Positions 33,717-48,332 of a stretch of DNA of 64,000 nt are shown here, piece after piece. The translations under genes were made by a program, and so were the position numbers. This DNA comes from Escherichia coli (lineage in GTDB: Bacteria; Pseudomonadota; Gammaproteobacteria; Enterobacterales; Enterobacteriaceae): NCBI RefSeq assembly GCF_009931435.1, contig NZ_CP043414.1. The stretch is one strand, 5' to 3'. Every line of letters begins with the position of its first letter. Positions within the stretch are counted from its first letter, which is position 1. A model generated the notes under the pieces. That model was not told the DNA's origin and did not search any database. It worked only from the letters and a program-made list of their open reading frames with translations.

Positions 33717-36218
33717 ATGGCCCTGATTGTGGAATTTATTTGTGAGCTACCTAACGGCGTACATGCCCGTCCGGCAAGCCACGTTGAAACGCTGTGTAAT
33801 ACTTTTTCATCACAAATTGAGTGGCATAACCTGCGCACTGACCGCAAGGGCAACGCCAAAAGCGCCCTTGCGCTGATTGGCACCGATACGCTGGTGGGCG
33901 ATAGCTGCCAGTTACTGATTTCCGGGGCCGATGAACAGGAAGCGCATCAGCGTTTAAGCCAATGGCTGCGCGATGAATTTCCCCACTGCGACGCGCCGCT
34001 GGCGGAAATAAAATCTGACGAACTGGAGCCGCTGCCGGTATCATTAACCAACCTGAATCCGCGTATTATCCGCGCCCGCACCGTATGCAGTGGTAGCGCA
34101 GGCGGCATTCTGACGCCAATCTCTTCTTTAGATCTCAACGCGCTGGGTAACCTCCCCGCAACCAACGGCGTTGACGCCGAGCAATCCGCGCTGGAAAACG
34201 GCCTGACGCTGGTACTGAAAAATATTGAGTTTCGTCTGCTGGATAGCGACGGTGCTACCAGCGCGATTCTGGAAGCTCACCGCTCCCTGGCTGGCGATAC
34301 TTCCCTGCGCGAACATTTACTGGCAGGCGTCAGCGCCGGATTAAGCTGCGCCGAAGCAATTGTCGCCAGTGCGAATCACTTTTGCGAAGAGTTCGCCCGT
34401 TCCAGCAGCAGCTACCTGCAAGAACGCGCGCTGGATGTGCGCGATGTCTGCTTCCAGTTACTCCAGCAAATCTACGGCGAGAAACGCTTTCCGGCACCGG
34501 GCAAGCTGACGCAGCCCGCCATTTGTATGGCGGATGAACTGACCCCTAGCCAGTTCCTCGAACTGGATAAAAATCACCTCAAAGGATTGTTGCTCAAAAG
34601 TGGCGGCACTACCTCACACACGGTGATCCTTGCCCGTTCGTTCAACATTCCGACGCTGGTTGGTGTGGATATTGATGCCCTTACTCCGTGGCAGCATCAA
34701 ACGATTTATATCGACGGCAACGCTGGGGCGATTGTGGTTGATCCTGGAGAAGCCGTAGCCCGTTATTATCAGCAAGAAGCCCGCGTACAGAACGCCCTTC
34801 GTGAGCAACAGCGTGTCTGGCTGACCCAACAAGCCCGTACCGCTGACGGTATCCGCATTGAAATTGCCGCTAACATCGCTCACTCCGTCGAAGCGCAGGC
34901 CGCATTCGGCAATGGTGCGGAAGGCGTTGGTTTGTTCCGCACTGAAATGCTCTATATGGATCGCACCAGTGCACCGGGCGAAAGCGAGCTGTACAACATT
35001 TTTTGTCAGGCGCTGGAGTCCGCCAACGGACGCAGCATTATTGTGCGCACTATGGATATTGGCGGTGACAAACCCGTTGATTATCTGAATATTCCCGCAG
35101 AGGCAAACCCGTTCCTCGGTTATCGCGCCGTACGTATTTATGAAGAGTACGCCTCGTTGTTTACCACGCAGCTACGATCGATCCTGCGCGCCTCCGCTCA
35201 TGGCAGCCTGAAAATCATGATCCCGATGATCTCTTCAATGGAAGAGATCTTATGGGTGAAAGAAAAACTGGCGGAAGCTAAACAGCAGCTGCGTAACGAA
35301 CACATTCCGTTTGATGAGAAGATCCAGCTCGGTATCATGCTTGAGGTGCCGTCAGTAATGTTCATCATCGATCAATGCTGTGAAGAGATTGATTTCTTTA
35401 GTATTGGTAGTAATGATCTGACGCAATATCTGCTGGCAGTGGATCGCGATAACGCTAAGGTAACTCGTCACTACAACAGCCTGAATCCGGCATTCTTACG
35501 AGCGCTTGATTACGCCGTGCAGGCAGTGCATCGCCAGGGCAAATGGATTGGTCTGTGCGGTGAACTGGGGGCGAAAGGTTCCGTGCTGCCGTTGCTGGTC
35601 GGTTTAGGGCTGGATGAGTTGAGCATGAGTGCACCGTCAATTCCGGCGGCGAAAGCGCGGATGGCGCAACTTGATAGCCGCGAATGCCGCCAGTTACTCA
35701 ACCAGGCAATGGCCTGCCGTACTTCGCTGGAAGTGGAACACCTGCTGGCACAATTCCGCATGACGCAACAGGACGCACCGTTGGTCACCGCCGAGTGCAT
35801 CACGCTGGAAAGCGACTGGCGCAGCAAAGAAGAAGTGCTCAAAGGCATGACCGATAACCTGCTGCTGGCGGGCCGCTGCCGCTATCCGCGTAAACTGGAA
35901 GCCGACTTGTGGGCGCGCGAGGCCGTTTTCTCTACCGGTCTGGGCTTTAGTTTTGCCATTCCACACAGCAAATCAGAACACATTGAGCAGTCCACCATCA
36001 GCGTGGCGCGTCTGCAAGCGCCAGTGCGCTGGGGCGATGATGAAGCACAATTCATCATTATGTTAACCCTTAACAAACACGCTGCCGGCGATCAGCATAT
36101 GCGCATTTTCTCGCGCCTCGCTCGCCGCATCATGCACGAAGAATTCCGTAACGCGCTGGTTAACGCCGCCTCTGCCGACGCTATCGCCAGCCTGCTGCAA
36201 CATGAACTGGAACTGTAA
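33717..36218 (+). CDS. ptsA: Multiphosphoryl transfer protein (HPr-EI-EIIA fusion) of the fructose-like PTS
   Basis: 833-aa ORF with HPr-like N-terminus ([14 protein letters not shown]), enzyme I PEP-utilising domain and C-terminal EIIA domain. Confidence 0.92.
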   Translation: MALIVEFICELPNGVHARPASHVETLCNTFSSQIEWHNLRTDRKGNAKSALALIGTDTLVGDSCQLLISGADEQEAHQRLSQWLRDEFPHCDAPLAEIKSDELEPLPVSLTNLNPRIIRARTVCSGSAGGILTPISSLDLNALGNLPATNGVDAEQSALENGLTLVLKNIEFRLLDSDGATSAILEAHRSLAGDTSLREHLLAGVSAGLSCAEAIVASANHFCEEFARSSSSYLQERALDVRDVCFQLLQQIYGEKRFPAPGKLTQPAICMADELTPSQFLELDKNHLKGLLLKSGGTTSHTVILARSFNIPTLVGVDIDALTPWQHQTIYIDGNAGAIVVDPGEAVARYYQQEARVQNALREQQRVWLTQQARTADGIRIEIAANIAHSVEAQAAFGNGAEGVGLFRTEMLYMDRTSAPGESELYNIFCQALESANGRSIIVRTMDIGGDKPVDYLNIPAEANPFLGYRAVRIYEEYASLFTTQLRSILRASAHGSLKIMIPMISSMEEILWVKEKLAEAKQQLRNEHIPFDEKIQLGIMLEVPSVMFIIDQCCEEIDFFSIGSNDLTQYLLAVDRDNAKVTRHYNSLNPAFLRALDYAVQAVHRQGKWIGLCGELGAKGSVLPLLVGLGLDELSMSAPSIPAAKARMAQLDSRECRQLLNQAMACRTSLEVEHLLAQFRMTQQDAPLVTAECITLESDWRSKEEVLKGMTDNLLLAGRCRYPRKLEADLWAREAVFSTGLGFSFAIPHSKSEHIEQSTISVARLQAPVRWGDDEAQFIIMLTLNKHAAGDQHMRIFSRLARRIMHEEFRNALVNAASADAIASLLQHELEL

Positions 36219-36229
36219 AAGGAAACATC

Positions 36230-36892
36230 ATGGAACTGTATCTGGACACCGCTAACGTCGCAGAAGTCGAACGTCTGGCACGCATATTCCCGATTGCCGG
36301 GGTAACAACTAACCCGAGCATTATCGCGGCCAGCAAGGAGTCCATCTGGGAAGTACTGCCGCGTTTGCAAAAAGCGATTGGTGATGAGGGTATTTTGTTT
36401 GCTCAGACCATGAGTCGTGACGCGCAGGGGATGGTGGAAGAAGCGAAGCGCCTGCGCGACGCCATTCCGGGCATCGTGGTGAAAATCCCGGTGACTTCCG
36501 AAGGTCTGGCCGCCATTAAGATGCTGAAAAAAGAGGGTATTACTACACTTGGCACCGCTGTATATAGCGCCGCACAAGGGTTATTAGCCGCGCTGGCAGG
36601 GGCAAAATATGTTGCTCCGTATGTTAACCGCGTCGACGCCCAGGGCGGTGACGGCATTCGTACGGTTCAGGAGCTGCAAGCGCTGTTGGAAATGCACGCG
36701 CCAGAAAGCATGGTGCTGGCTGCCAGCTTTAAAACACCGCGTCAGGCGCTGGATTGTTTGCTGGCAGGATGTGAGTCCATCACCCTACCCTTAGATGTAG
36801 CGCAACAAATGCTCAACACTCCTGCGGTAGAGTCGGCTATAGAGAAGTTTGAGCACGACTGGAATGCCGCATTTGGCACTACTCATCTCTAA
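36230..36892 (+). CDS. fsaB: Fructose-6-phosphate aldolase 2 (transaldolase-like)
   Basis: 220-aa [40 protein letters not shown]. Confidence 0.93.
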   Translation: MELYLDTANVAEVERLARIFPIAGVTTNPSIIAASKESIWEVLPRLQKAIGDEGILFAQTMSRDAQGMVEEAKRLRDAIPGIVVKIPVTSEGLAAIKMLKKEGITTLGTAVYSAAQGLLAALAGAKYVAPYVNRVDAQGGDGIRTVQELQALLEMHAPESMVLAASFKTPRQALDCLLAGCESITLPLDVAQQMLNTPAVESAIEKFEHDWNAAFGTTHL

Positions 36893-36902
36893 AGGAGCAA
36901 TT

Positions 36903-38006
36903 ATGGACCGCATTATTCAATCACCGGGTAAATACATCCAGGGCGCAGATGTCATTAATCGTCTGGGCGAGTACCTGAAGCCGCTGGCAGAACGCTGGTT
37001 AGTGGTGGGTGACAAATTTGTTTTAGGTTTTGCTCAATCCACTGTCGAGAAAAGCTTTAAAGATGCTGGACTGGTAGTAGAAATTGCGCCGTTTGGCGGT
37101 GAATGTTCGCAAAATGAGATCGACCGTCTGCGTGGCATCGCGGAGACTGCGCAGTGTGGCGCAATTCTCGGTATCGGTGGCGGAAAAACCCTCGATACTG
37201 CCAAAGCACTGGCACATTTCATGGGTGTTCCGGTAGCGATCGCACCGACTATTGCCTCTACCGACGCGCCGTGCAGCGCGCTGTCTGTTATCTACACCGA
37301 TGATGGTGAGTTTGACCGCTATTTGCTGTTGCCAAATAACCCGAATATGGTCATTGTCGACACCAAAATCGTCGCGGGCGCACCTGCACGTCTGTTAGCG
37401 GCGGGTATCGGCGATGCGCTGGCGACCTGGTTTGAAGCGCGTGCTTGCTCTCGTAGCGGTGCGACCACAATGGCGGGCGGTGAGTGTACTCAGGCAGCGC
37501 TGGCGCTGGCTGAACTGTGCTACAACACGCTGCTGGAAGAAGGCGAAAAAGCGATGCTTGCCGCCGAACAGCATGTAGTAACTCCAGCACTGGAACGCGT
37601 GATTGAAGCGAACACCTATTTGAGCGGCGTTGGCTTTGAAAGCGGTGGGCTGGCGGCGGCGCACGCGGTGCATAACGGCCTGACTGCAATCCCTGATGCC
37701 CATCACTATTATCACGGTGAAAAAGTGGCATTCGGTACGCTGACCCAGCTGGTTCTGGAAAATGCGCCGGTGGAAGAAATCGAAACCGTAGCTGCACTTA
37801 GCCATGCGGTAGGTTTGCCAATAACGCTCGCTCAACTGGATATTAAAGAAGATGTCCCGGCGAAAATGCGAATTGTGGCAGAAGCGGCATGTGCAGAAGG
37901 TGAAACCATCCACAACATGCCTGGCGGCGCGACGCCAGATCAGGTTTACGCCGCACTGCTGGTAGCTGACCAATACGGGCAGCGTTTCCTGCAAGAGTGG
38001 GAATAA
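36903..38006 (+). CDS. gldA: Glycerol dehydrogenase
   Basis: ORF 36849..38006; start placed at [25 protein letters not shown] (367 aa) just after the fsaB stop. Confidence 0.93.
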   Translation: MDRIIQSPGKYIQGADVINRLGEYLKPLAERWLVVGDKFVLGFAQSTVEKSFKDAGLVVEIAPFGGECSQNEIDRLRGIAETAQCGAILGIGGGKTLDTAKALAHFMGVPVAIAPTIASTDAPCSALSVIYTDDGEFDRYLLLPNNPNMVIVDTKIVAGAPARLLAAGIGDALATWFEARACSRSGATTMAGGECTQAALALAELCYNTLLEEGEKAMLAAEQHVVTPALERVIEANTYLSGVGFESGGLAAAHAVHNGLTAIPDAHHYYHGEKVAFGTLTQLVLENAPVEEIETVAALSHAVGLPITLAQLDIKEDVPAKMRIVAEAACAEGETIHNMPGGATPDQVYAALLVADQYGQRFLQEWE

Positions 38007-38009
38007 CCT

Positions 38010-38170
38010 ATGCCAAACTCCCGGCTTGTCCGGGAGTTTGAACGCAAAACTGCCTGATGCGCTACGCTTATCAGGCCTACGCAATCTCTGCAATATATTG
38101 AATTTTCGTGCTTTTGTAGGCCAGATAAGGCGTTCACGCCGCATCCGGCACTCTGTGCCAGTAATCTGAA
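38010..38170. repeat. REP element cluster
   Basis: gcctgatgcgctacgcttatcaggcctacg and gtaggccagataaggcgttcacgccgcatccggcac are classical REP units. Confidence 0.7.
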
Positions 38171-38279
38171 ACTCCCACGTTGTTCGGGAGTTTTTTATCC
38201 GCTTCTGGACATTTTCTCCACAGAACAATCGTTAGCCCTGAAGGTCGAATCTGTGAATATTTTTTCACGGACGAAACAG

Positions 38280-38897
38280 ATGAAAGCTTCACTGGCGTTG
38301 TTCAGTCTTCTGACGGTATTTACCAGTTACTCCTTAAAATCTCCCGCTGTTCCACCAACCGTGGTACAAATCCAGGCCAACACCAATCTTGCCATCGCAG
38401 ACGGTGCCAGACAGCAAATTGGCAGCACGCTATTTTACGATCCGGCGTATGTGCAGCTTACTTATCCTGGCGGTGATGTCCCACAAGAACGCGGTGTATG
38501 TTCCGATGTGGTGATCCGTGCTCTGCGCAGCCAGAAGGTCGATTTGCAGAAACTGGTTCACGAAGATATGGCGAAGAATTTTGCCGATTATCCGCAAAAG
38601 TGGCAGTTAAAGCGCCCGGACAGCAACATCGATCACCGTCGGGTGCCTAATCTGGAAACCTGGTTTACCCGCCACGATAAAACGCGCCCCACCAGCAAAA
38701 ACGCCAGTGACTACCAAGCGGGCGATATTGTCTCCTGGCGATTAGATAATGGGCTGGCACATATTGGGGTGGTTTCAGATGGCTTCGCCCGCGACGGTAC
38801 GCCGCTGGTGATACATAACATTGGCGCAGGCGCGCAGGAAGAAGACGTGCTGTTTAGTTGGCAGATGGTGGGGCACTATCGGTATTTTGCTAAATGA
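38280..38897 (+). CDS. yijF: DUF1287-family protein YijF (signal-peptide-bearing)
   Basis: ORF 38253..38897; start placed at MKASLALFSLLTVFTSYSL (205 aa). Confidence 0.85.
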   Translation: MKASLALFSLLTVFTSYSLKSPAVPPTVVQIQANTNLAIADGARQQIGSTLFYDPAYVQLTYPGGDVPQERGVCSDVVIRALRSQKVDLQKLVHEDMAKNFADYPQKWQLKRPDSNIDHRRVPNLETWFTRHDKTRPTSKNASDYQAGDIVSWRLDNGLAHIGVVSDGFARDGTPLVIHNIGAGAQEEDVLFSWQMVGHYRYFAK

Positions 38898-38921
38898 GCG
38901 CTCGCCCCACCTGTAAAAAAT

Positions 38922-39827
38922 TCAGATCCTTTTTACGCTGACGGCTTCTTTTTTCTTACGGCTCACCAGCGCCAGTGCCAGCACAATCAGCACAATACCG
39001 CTGCCTTCAACCGCGCCGGGATTTTCACCGAGCAGCCACCAGGAAAAGAGTACGCCGCAAACAGGAACTGCTAACGTGCTTAGGCTGGCGATACTGGCGG
39101 GTAAGTTTTTCAATACAAACAGCCATAAACTCCAGGCCAGCGCTGTCGCCAGAATCGCACTGTAGGCCAGCGCCCAGAACACGGTGGGCTGCCAGTCAAT
39201 TTCACGTTGCGGCACCAGCCAAGCGACTACGCTCATCACCAGCGCCGCATACAGCATCTGCCAGGATGTTAGCGACAATAAATCCACGCGCGGATGGCGG
39301 GCATACAGACGTTTAGCAACAATCGCGCTCGCCCCCCAACTCACACCGGAGAGGATTGCCAGCATGGCACTTTTCATCGAAGATAAATCGAGTTGCCACG
39401 GCTGCAACACCAAAAATAAGCCGAAAGCGGCAATGAGAATCGCGAAATATTGCCCGCGTCGCAGGCGTTCACCGAGAAACAACGCGGCGAAAATCACCAC
39501 CCAGAATGGCATGGTATAGCTCAGGATTGCCACCTTCCCTGCTCCGCCGCTCACCAGCGCCCACTGCGCCAGGCCAACCATCCCGCAGGTTTGTAACAGG
39601 GCAATGGCTAAGGTGTATTTAAAGGGCGTCGGGCGCATGCCGCGACCGCGTAATAAAAGGACGATGAATAAAACGAGAGCGCCGAAAATGCAGCGTAAAG
39701 CGGTAAAGTCGAAGGCACCGATGTAGCTGGTGACTTGCTTCATGAAAATCCAGCTATAACTCCAGATAAGTGTGAGCACAACCAGGCCACTGATTGCCAG
39801 TGGGTTGCTCTTTCCTGCGGCAGACAT
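38922..39827 (-). CDS. yijE: EamA/DMT-family inner-membrane transporter
   Basis: ORF 38922..39860; start placed at [26 protein letters not shown] (301 aa); ten hydrophobic segments. Confidence 0.88.
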   Translation of the reverse strand: MSAAGKSNPLAISGLVVLTLIWSYSWIFMKQVTSYIGAFDFTALRCIFGALVLFIVLLLRGRGMRPTPFKYTLAIALLQTCGMVGLAQWALVSGGAGKVAILSYTMPFWVVIFAALFLGERLRRGQYFAILIAAFGLFLVLQPWQLDLSSMKSAMLAILSGVSWGASAIVAKRLYARHPRVDLLSLTSWQMLYAALVMSVVAWLVPQREIDWQPTVFWALAYSAILATALAWSLWLFVLKNLPASIASLSTLAVPVCGVLFSWWLLGENPGAVEGSGIVLIVLALALVSRKKKEAVSVKRI

Positions 39828-39879
39828 GAGAGATCCAGTGTGTAGTTTTCCTGTGGACACTATACGCCGGTAAAGAAAC

Positions 39880-39912
39880 TTCAGCGACTGCCTGAAAGAC
39901 AGTCGCTGAAGA
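39880..39912. terminator. Bidirectional hairpin between the convergent yijE and katG genes
   Basis: cttcagcgactgcctgaaagacagtcgctgaag is a long perfect inverted repeat. Confidence 0.5.
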
Positions 39913-39920
39913 AGGTCAGA

Positions 39921-42155
<2,235 letters not shown>

Positions 42156-42428
42156 TTATAATTGAATTAATCCACGGATGCGATAGTTGAGATCTTACAT
42201 ATTGTTGGTTAAAGAGATGTAGATCAAATTGATCGTAATTAAGACTTTTTGATTATGTCCGATTTCGGACAAATGCTTTATAAAAAAGGTTTTAGCTTCG
42301 TATTCTTCAAGAAATGAGGGAGAAAACAAGGCTGACTACCTTATTTTCTCACTCGCATTTCGAGGCAGCATTTTGTGCTCTGTTTAAAATTTGTGATCAC
42401 AGTGTGATTTTCACAAAAGGCACACTAT

Positions 42429-43322
<894 letters not shown>

Positions 43323-43364
43323 TTACCTCATCAATCGCTTGTAGTTATATGTTGTGTTGTGCAC

Positions 43365-43400
43365 ATCTATCCGTTTAGACGTCCAGATGTAAAGATGAAG
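43365..43400. promoter_or_regulatory. metF promoter MetJ operator (met boxes)
   Basis: gtttagacgtccagatgt contains AGACGTCT-like met-box repeats upstream of the metF start. Confidence 0.5.
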
Positions 43401-43559
43401 GAAAAGCTGAAGGGCGTCAACCGAAAAATGACCAATGATGGTGAGGAAAAATCAGGGAAGATGAAAAAAACTCATCTTAATTAGAGGTAATAAAGAGATT
43501 TCTTTATAGCGCAATCAACCTCACTCGTTTTGACTGATATACAGGCAACACAACGGCAC

Positions 43560-43660
43560 CTGTTCTCATTCGAAAAACAACGCCCTGCCACCGGATGGTG
43601 ATGCTAAAGCATCTGATTCGGCCTGCGCTCTCGTGTAGGCCGAATACAGAATCTGCGAAA
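43560..43660. repeat. REP-like palindromic element at the island boundary
   Basis: gattcggcctgcgctctcgtgtaggccgaatac carries a cggcct / aggccg inverted repeat resembling REP units. Confidence 0.4.
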
Positions 43661-43701
43661 TCAACGGGTAACAAACAGTAGAGTCAACTCAGTGCGTACT
43701 T

Positions 43702-45261
43702 TTACTTAATATCTTTCACGCGCATACCGTTGATCTGTTCATCCGTGATGGTATTACCCGCTTTAAAGTAATCAACCACCGCGTGATAAACGTAATAACC
43801 GCCCGTCGTATTGCGCGCTTTACCCTCGGTAAACGCGGTAAAACCATCTCCACCATCAGCAAGGAAACTCTGAGTGGCAATGTGGTAAACCGTCGCATCT
43901 TCAATCGGTTTGCCATTCAGAGTCAGCGAGATAACCCGCTGACCAACCGGCTTGCTGCTGTCGTACTTCATTTCCAGGCCTTTCGATACCTGTAAAACGC
44001 CATTACTCAAACTTGCGCCGTGTTCCATCAAACCGCGTAATTGTTTACCCGTGAGTTCCATCGTCACCAGTTCGTTGGGGAACGGGAAGGTACTGATGAC
44101 GCCACCCATCGTAATTGCACCCGCCGGGATCTCATTGCGAATCCCACCAGAGTTGGTTAACGCCAACTGGGTATTTTTACCCGCCGCTACCAGTAAAGCG
44201 TCCGCCGCCAGGTTCCCCAGGGATGCCGATTCACCATAGGCACGTTTTAATTCAACTGGCGATTGCGCCACCGTTTGCTGCACGACTTCATCCAGCTTTT
44301 TATTCCAACTATCAATCACCTGTTTTGTTTGCGCATCGGGCTTCCACTCGTCGGCGTAAAGGGTTTTAAGCTCGAAGTTTTTCACCGTAAAAGTGTGCGG
44401 TTTCTCTTTGAAGTCGAGAACCAGTTTACCCACATCAATCCCTCCGCTGTCAGTGGAAAGGATGAGCGTATTGCCGACTTTAATCGGTTCCGGCGTACCC
44501 ACATGTGCATGTCCGGTGATCAAAATATCCAGCCCTTTCACCTGACTTGCCGTCTGTATATCTTTATCCAGCGCGCGACGCACATCTGTGCCTCCCATAC
44601 TGGACTGGCGGGCCGGAACACCTTCGTGAATCAGGGCGACGGTCAAATCAACCTTGCCTTTGAGTTCATCGATATAACGTTGTAACCACTTAATTTCATC
44701 ACGCGCTTCAATACCCACTCGCGTGGCAGCGGATACCGTGTCATTAAAGGCAAATACTCCGTGCAAACCAATCACACCAATTTTCACGCCGTCTTTTTCA
44801 ATAATGGTATATGGCTTATCCCAGAATGATTTACTGCTGTTCTGATAAAAAATATTACCCTGCACAATCGGGAATTTTGCCTGACTCAACTGTAATAGGG
44901 TGTTGTCCCAGCCGTGATCAAATTCATGATTCCCTATAGTGACCGCATCGAACGGCATGGTATTCATAATATCGATAATCGCCTTGCCTTTAGTCAGGCT
45001 GCTGATATACGGCCCGGTAAAATAGTCACCCGCATCAAAAAACCAGGTCGCTTTGTTTTTAGCTTTTTCTTGTTTAACAAGCGTAGTGATATTTGCCCAG
45101 CCGCCAATATCCCGTTTACCGTCAGCAATCCACGGCACTTTATAAGGCTCTACATGTGCATGGAGGTCGTTGGTATAAATAATGGTGACATCTTTGGCGC
45201 AGGCCCAAAACGGCAGTGTTAATGCGATACCCGCAGCAAGCATTTTAATTTTCATAAACAA
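43702..45261 (-). CDS. Periplasmic bifunctional metallophosphatase / 5'-nucleotidase, UshA-like (paralog 1)
   Basis: 519-aa ORF with signal peptide ([17 protein letters not shown]), calcineurin-like motifs ([20 protein letters not shown]) and a C-terminal 5'-nucleotidase domain. Not in the K-12 metF-metL interval. Confidence 0.85.
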   Translation of the reverse strand: MFMKIKMLAAGIALTLPFWACAKDVTIIYTNDLHAHVEPYKVPWIADGKRDIGGWANITTLVKQEKAKNKATWFFDAGDYFTGPYISSLTKGKAIIDIMNTMPFDAVTIGNHEFDHGWDNTLLQLSQAKFPIVQGNIFYQNSSKSFWDKPYTIIEKDGVKIGVIGLHGVFAFNDTVSAATRVGIEARDEIKWLQRYIDELKGKVDLTVALIHEGVPARQSSMGGTDVRRALDKDIQTASQVKGLDILITGHAHVGTPEPIKVGNTLILSTDSGGIDVGKLVLDFKEKPHTFTVKNFELKTLYADEWKPDAQTKQVIDSWNKKLDEVVQQTVAQSPVELKRAYGESASLGNLAADALLVAAGKNTQLALTNSGGIRNEIPAGAITMGGVISTFPFPNELVTMELTGKQLRGLMEHGASLSNGVLQVSKGLEMKYDSSKPVGQRVISLTLNGKPIEDATVYHIATQSFLADGGDGFTAFTEGKARNTTGGYYVYHAVVDYFKAGNTITDEQINGMRVKDIK

Positions 45262-45387
45262 TCCCTTCCAGTGAGATAAAGGATTGCTACATTACGTTCT
45301 GAAAGGCTTTTTTATGTGAGAATACTCACATCCAGAGGCGATAACTGTAGGACAAAATCAACGACCTTATGAAATCGTTGGTGATAT

Positions 45388-46515
45388 ATGTCAAATCTGT
45401 TTGCGATTAATGTCTGTAAAACGTTCGGTTGTCGAAATTTGGGATTGGCCTCATCGGAAGATTACAGTTGGCCAGACTATAAACTGGGTTTTCCGGCACT
45501 GCACTGCCAGGCATGCGGAAGTTACCCCCCTTTGTTTGATGAACAACAATTTCGTGACTGGTTGTCAGTTCACATGACTGCGTGTGCCATAGAAACAGGG
45601 CATTTTTGTCCATCATGCTATTGTAAAGAAAAGATTTTTTATGGCCACAACCCGCAGGGAACACAACGCGTTCAATGCCGTTCATGCAAAAAAGTCTGGA
45701 CTCCGAAACAGCAGCCAGCAAGAGAAATTACGTATCCCCAGTCCATTGAAACCGTTCAACTGTTCATGCCCTTTCAAGGAGCCAGCGCAGTACAAAAGCT
45801 CTATGTTTTAGTCAGTCTTGACGCCACTCGTGGCAACATCCTTCATCTCTCCACGAATTATACGCAACATCAGACAGGAGACAGTCTGCGGTACAGTTAC
45901 AGAGGCAATACAGAACCAACTGAGCACCATAGCGATATTGTGCAGAGGGTAGATATGCGTGAAGCGCAATTCTTGCGCCGGAGCCAGTTCGATGAAATTC
46001 AGTATGGCAGTGCTGTGCTCAAGCGCAACGGCAAGGGAGCCATACTACGCCCGGTTATCACGGCACACGGGCATTTCAGAATACTGAAAATCCGCTTTCC
46101 ACATGTCAAAACGCATATCATTTCACACGAATGTTTTCTGAGAGGCGCAATTATTACAGCCTGGGCAGATCAGTTCCGCCAACAACAAGGCGAACTTTGG
46201 TTCGTAGAAGAAGAAATCAGCGACCGTAACGCTGATATTCCCTGGCATTTTCAGGGAACGACATACCATGGTTGGTGGCAAAATCAGTGGCAACGCTGGG
46301 GGCAGGGGAATAACAGCAAGATGGTCTGCCTGCTCACAGGAGTCTCCTTAGAAAGGGGCGCAAATGTTTCTCTGGCAACCAGTCGTTGCTTTATCACATG
46401 GCTGACAGACCAACACGACTTTACCCAAAGCGCGTTATTATCCGCAGGTCGCGTAACGAAAATGCTGACCTCACTGGCGTTAAAATACAATGAATCGCTC
46501 ACTCCATCTTGTTAG
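45388..46515 (+). CDS. Hypothetical protein with N-terminal cysteine cluster (putative zinc-ribbon), function unknown
   Basis: 375-aa ORF divergent from paralog 1; N-terminus has CKTFGC, CQACG, CPSCYC and CRSCKK motifs within about 100 aa. I do not recognise the family. Confidence 0.6.
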   Translation: MSNLFAINVCKTFGCRNLGLASSEDYSWPDYKLGFPALHCQACGSYPPLFDEQQFRDWLSVHMTACAIETGHFCPSCYCKEKIFYGHNPQGTQRVQCRSCKKVWTPKQQPAREITYPQSIETVQLFMPFQGASAVQKLYVLVSLDATRGNILHLSTNYTQHQTGDSLRYSYRGNTEPTEHHSDIVQRVDMREAQFLRRSQFDEIQYGSAVLKRNGKGAILRPVITAHGHFRILKIRFPHVKTHIISHECFLRGAIITAWADQFRQQQGELWFVEEEISDRNADIPWHFQGTTYHGWWQNQWQRWGQGNNSKMVCLLTGVSLERGANVSLATSRCFITWLTDQHDFTQSALLSAGRVTKMLTSLALKYNESLTPSC

Positions 46516-46744
46516 TCAATACACTCGACAAACGACCATAAATTAATGGGATCACTATTTCTCATTTAATTAAATATATGAATGTATGACTGAAAAATAT
46601 AATCACAGTCAATGTTTAATTAATAACATTATTTGTTACTAAGATCACATAATACTTTCCTGACCTATGCTCTTATAAAAATAAGACACGGTGTTCCTTT
46701 TATTTAAATAATTCAACCAATGTAACAACCCCTATCAAGGAGGG

Positions 46745-48298
46745 ATGATGAGAACTGTATTTACGACTTTATCAGTCATATTCAGCGTGATGTTTTCTCA
46801 CAGTATACTAGCTCAGGACGTTACTATTTATTATACGAATGATATTCACGCACATGTCAATCCGGCAAAAATTCCCGCTGTTGATAAGAACAGACTTGTA
46901 GGTGGTATGGCTAATATTGCAGGCATCGTTAATGAAGCGAAGAAAAAAAACAAAGATGTCTTTTTCTTTGATGCAGGCGACTATTTTACCGGTCCGTATA
47001 TCAGTACCCTGACCAAAGGTGAAGCTATTATTGATATCATGAACACCATGCCCTTTGATGCGGTGTCCGTTGGTAATCACGAGTTCGATCACGGCGTGCC
47101 CAATATGGTATCTCAGTTATCAAAAGCAAAATTCCCCATTCTGCTGGGAAATATTTACTACACCGATACAAATAGACCAGTTTGGGATCATCCGTGGACC
47201 ATTATCGAAAAAGATGGTTTAAAGATTGGTGTGATTGGATTGCATGGTGCATTCGCTTTCTATGATACAGTCGCGGCAAAAGCACGTGAAGGCGTAGAAG
47301 CCAGAGACGAAATTAAATATTTAAATAAAGCACTTGCAGAATTAAAAGGTAAAGTCGACATTACCGTTTTGCTAATTCACGAAGGTGTTCCGGCGCGTCA
47401 ATCAAGCTTTGGTAGTAAAGATGTGGAGCGGCTACTACAGGCAGATATTGAGACAGCTAAAAAAGTGAATGGTGTTGATGTCTTAATTACCGGTCACGCA
47501 CATGTCGGAACACCGCAACCAATAAAAGTTAATAACACATTAATTGTATCTACCGATGCATACGGCACCGACATCGGAAAACTTGTGCTTGATTACAATC
47601 CGAAAACAAAGAAAATTGATAGTTATAATGGTGAGTTAATCACCATCTTTGCAGATCAATTTAAACCTGACACCATCGTTCAAAATACTATCGATAAATG
47701 GAGCGTAAAGCTTAACAAAATCACACAGGAAGTTGTCGGCCATTCTCCCGTAGTTTTAACACGTGAGTATGGCAGTTCTTCTTCTACCGGTAACCTTATT
47801 CTGGATGCAATGATGGAAAAAGCACCTGATGCCATTGCCGGATTTCAAAATAGCGGTGGGATGCGAGCTGATTTTCCTAAAGGTGATATCACACTGGGAG
47901 ATGTTATTAGCACATTCCCCTTTAATAATGACCTCATCGAGATGGATTTGACGGGCCGCGATCTCAAATCATTGATGACGCATGCAACCAATCTAACTAA
48001 CGGTGTGTTACAGGTTTCAAAAAGCGTTGCGGTTGTCTATGACAGCAAAAAACCACTCAACCAGCGGTTAATCTCTTTCACCATTAACGGCAAACCCGTG
48101 GAAGATAATCAAACATATCGTATTGCCACGCACTCCTTTTGTGCCAGTGGTGGTGACGGTTTTGAAGCATTTTTGAATGGAAAAAATGTGAAGACGATAC
48201 CGGGAACAACCTCGGCGGAATCTATCATCGATTATTTCAAAAATCATAAACCTGTCACCCCAGACTTAACTAAACGAGTCATGGACGTCGCCAAATAA
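46745..48298 (+). CDS. Periplasmic bifunctional metallophosphatase / 5'-nucleotidase, UshA-like (paralog 2, most divergent)
   Basis: 517-aa ORF with signal peptide ending ILA-QD and the same NDIHAH / GNHEFDHG / GHAHVG motifs. Confidence 0.85.
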   Translation: MMRTVFTTLSVIFSVMFSHSILAQDVTIYYTNDIHAHVNPAKIPAVDKNRLVGGMANIAGIVNEAKKKNKDVFFFDAGDYFTGPYISTLTKGEAIIDIMNTMPFDAVSVGNHEFDHGVPNMVSQLSKAKFPILLGNIYYTDTNRPVWDHPWTIIEKDGLKIGVIGLHGAFAFYDTVAAKAREGVEARDEIKYLNKALAELKGKVDITVLLIHEGVPARQSSFGSKDVERLLQADIETAKKVNGVDVLITGHAHVGTPQPIKVNNTLIVSTDAYGTDIGKLVLDYNPKTKKIDSYNGELITIFADQFKPDTIVQNTIDKWSVKLNKITQEVVGHSPVVLTREYGSSSSTGNLILDAMMEKAPDAIAGFQNSGGMRADFPKGDITLGDVISTFPFNNDLIEMDLTGRDLKSLMTHATNLTNGVLQVSKSVAVVYDSKKPLNQRLISFTINGKPVEDNQTYRIATHSFCASGGDGFEAFLNGKNVKTIPGTTSAESIIDYFKNHKPVTPDLTKRVMDVAK

Positions 48299-48332
48299 AA
48301 TATCATTTATCAGTCTATTTATTTAACAAGGA

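Noticed and set aside
36849-36902. N-terminal extension of the gldA ORF ([19 protein letters not shown]...)
   Set aside because: The extension overlaps the 3' end of fsaB; the Met at 36903 gives the expected [11 protein letters not shown] start directly after the fsaB stop.
37395-38228. 277-aa minus-strand ORF
   Set aside because: Antisense to gldA and spanning the REP cluster; composition is not protein-like and gldA on the plus strand is unambiguous.
42240-42290. Palindrome tgtccgatttcggaca upstream of katG
   Set aside because: Lies in the conserved core katG promoter region; likely a known regulatory site rather than anything island-related. Not analysed further.
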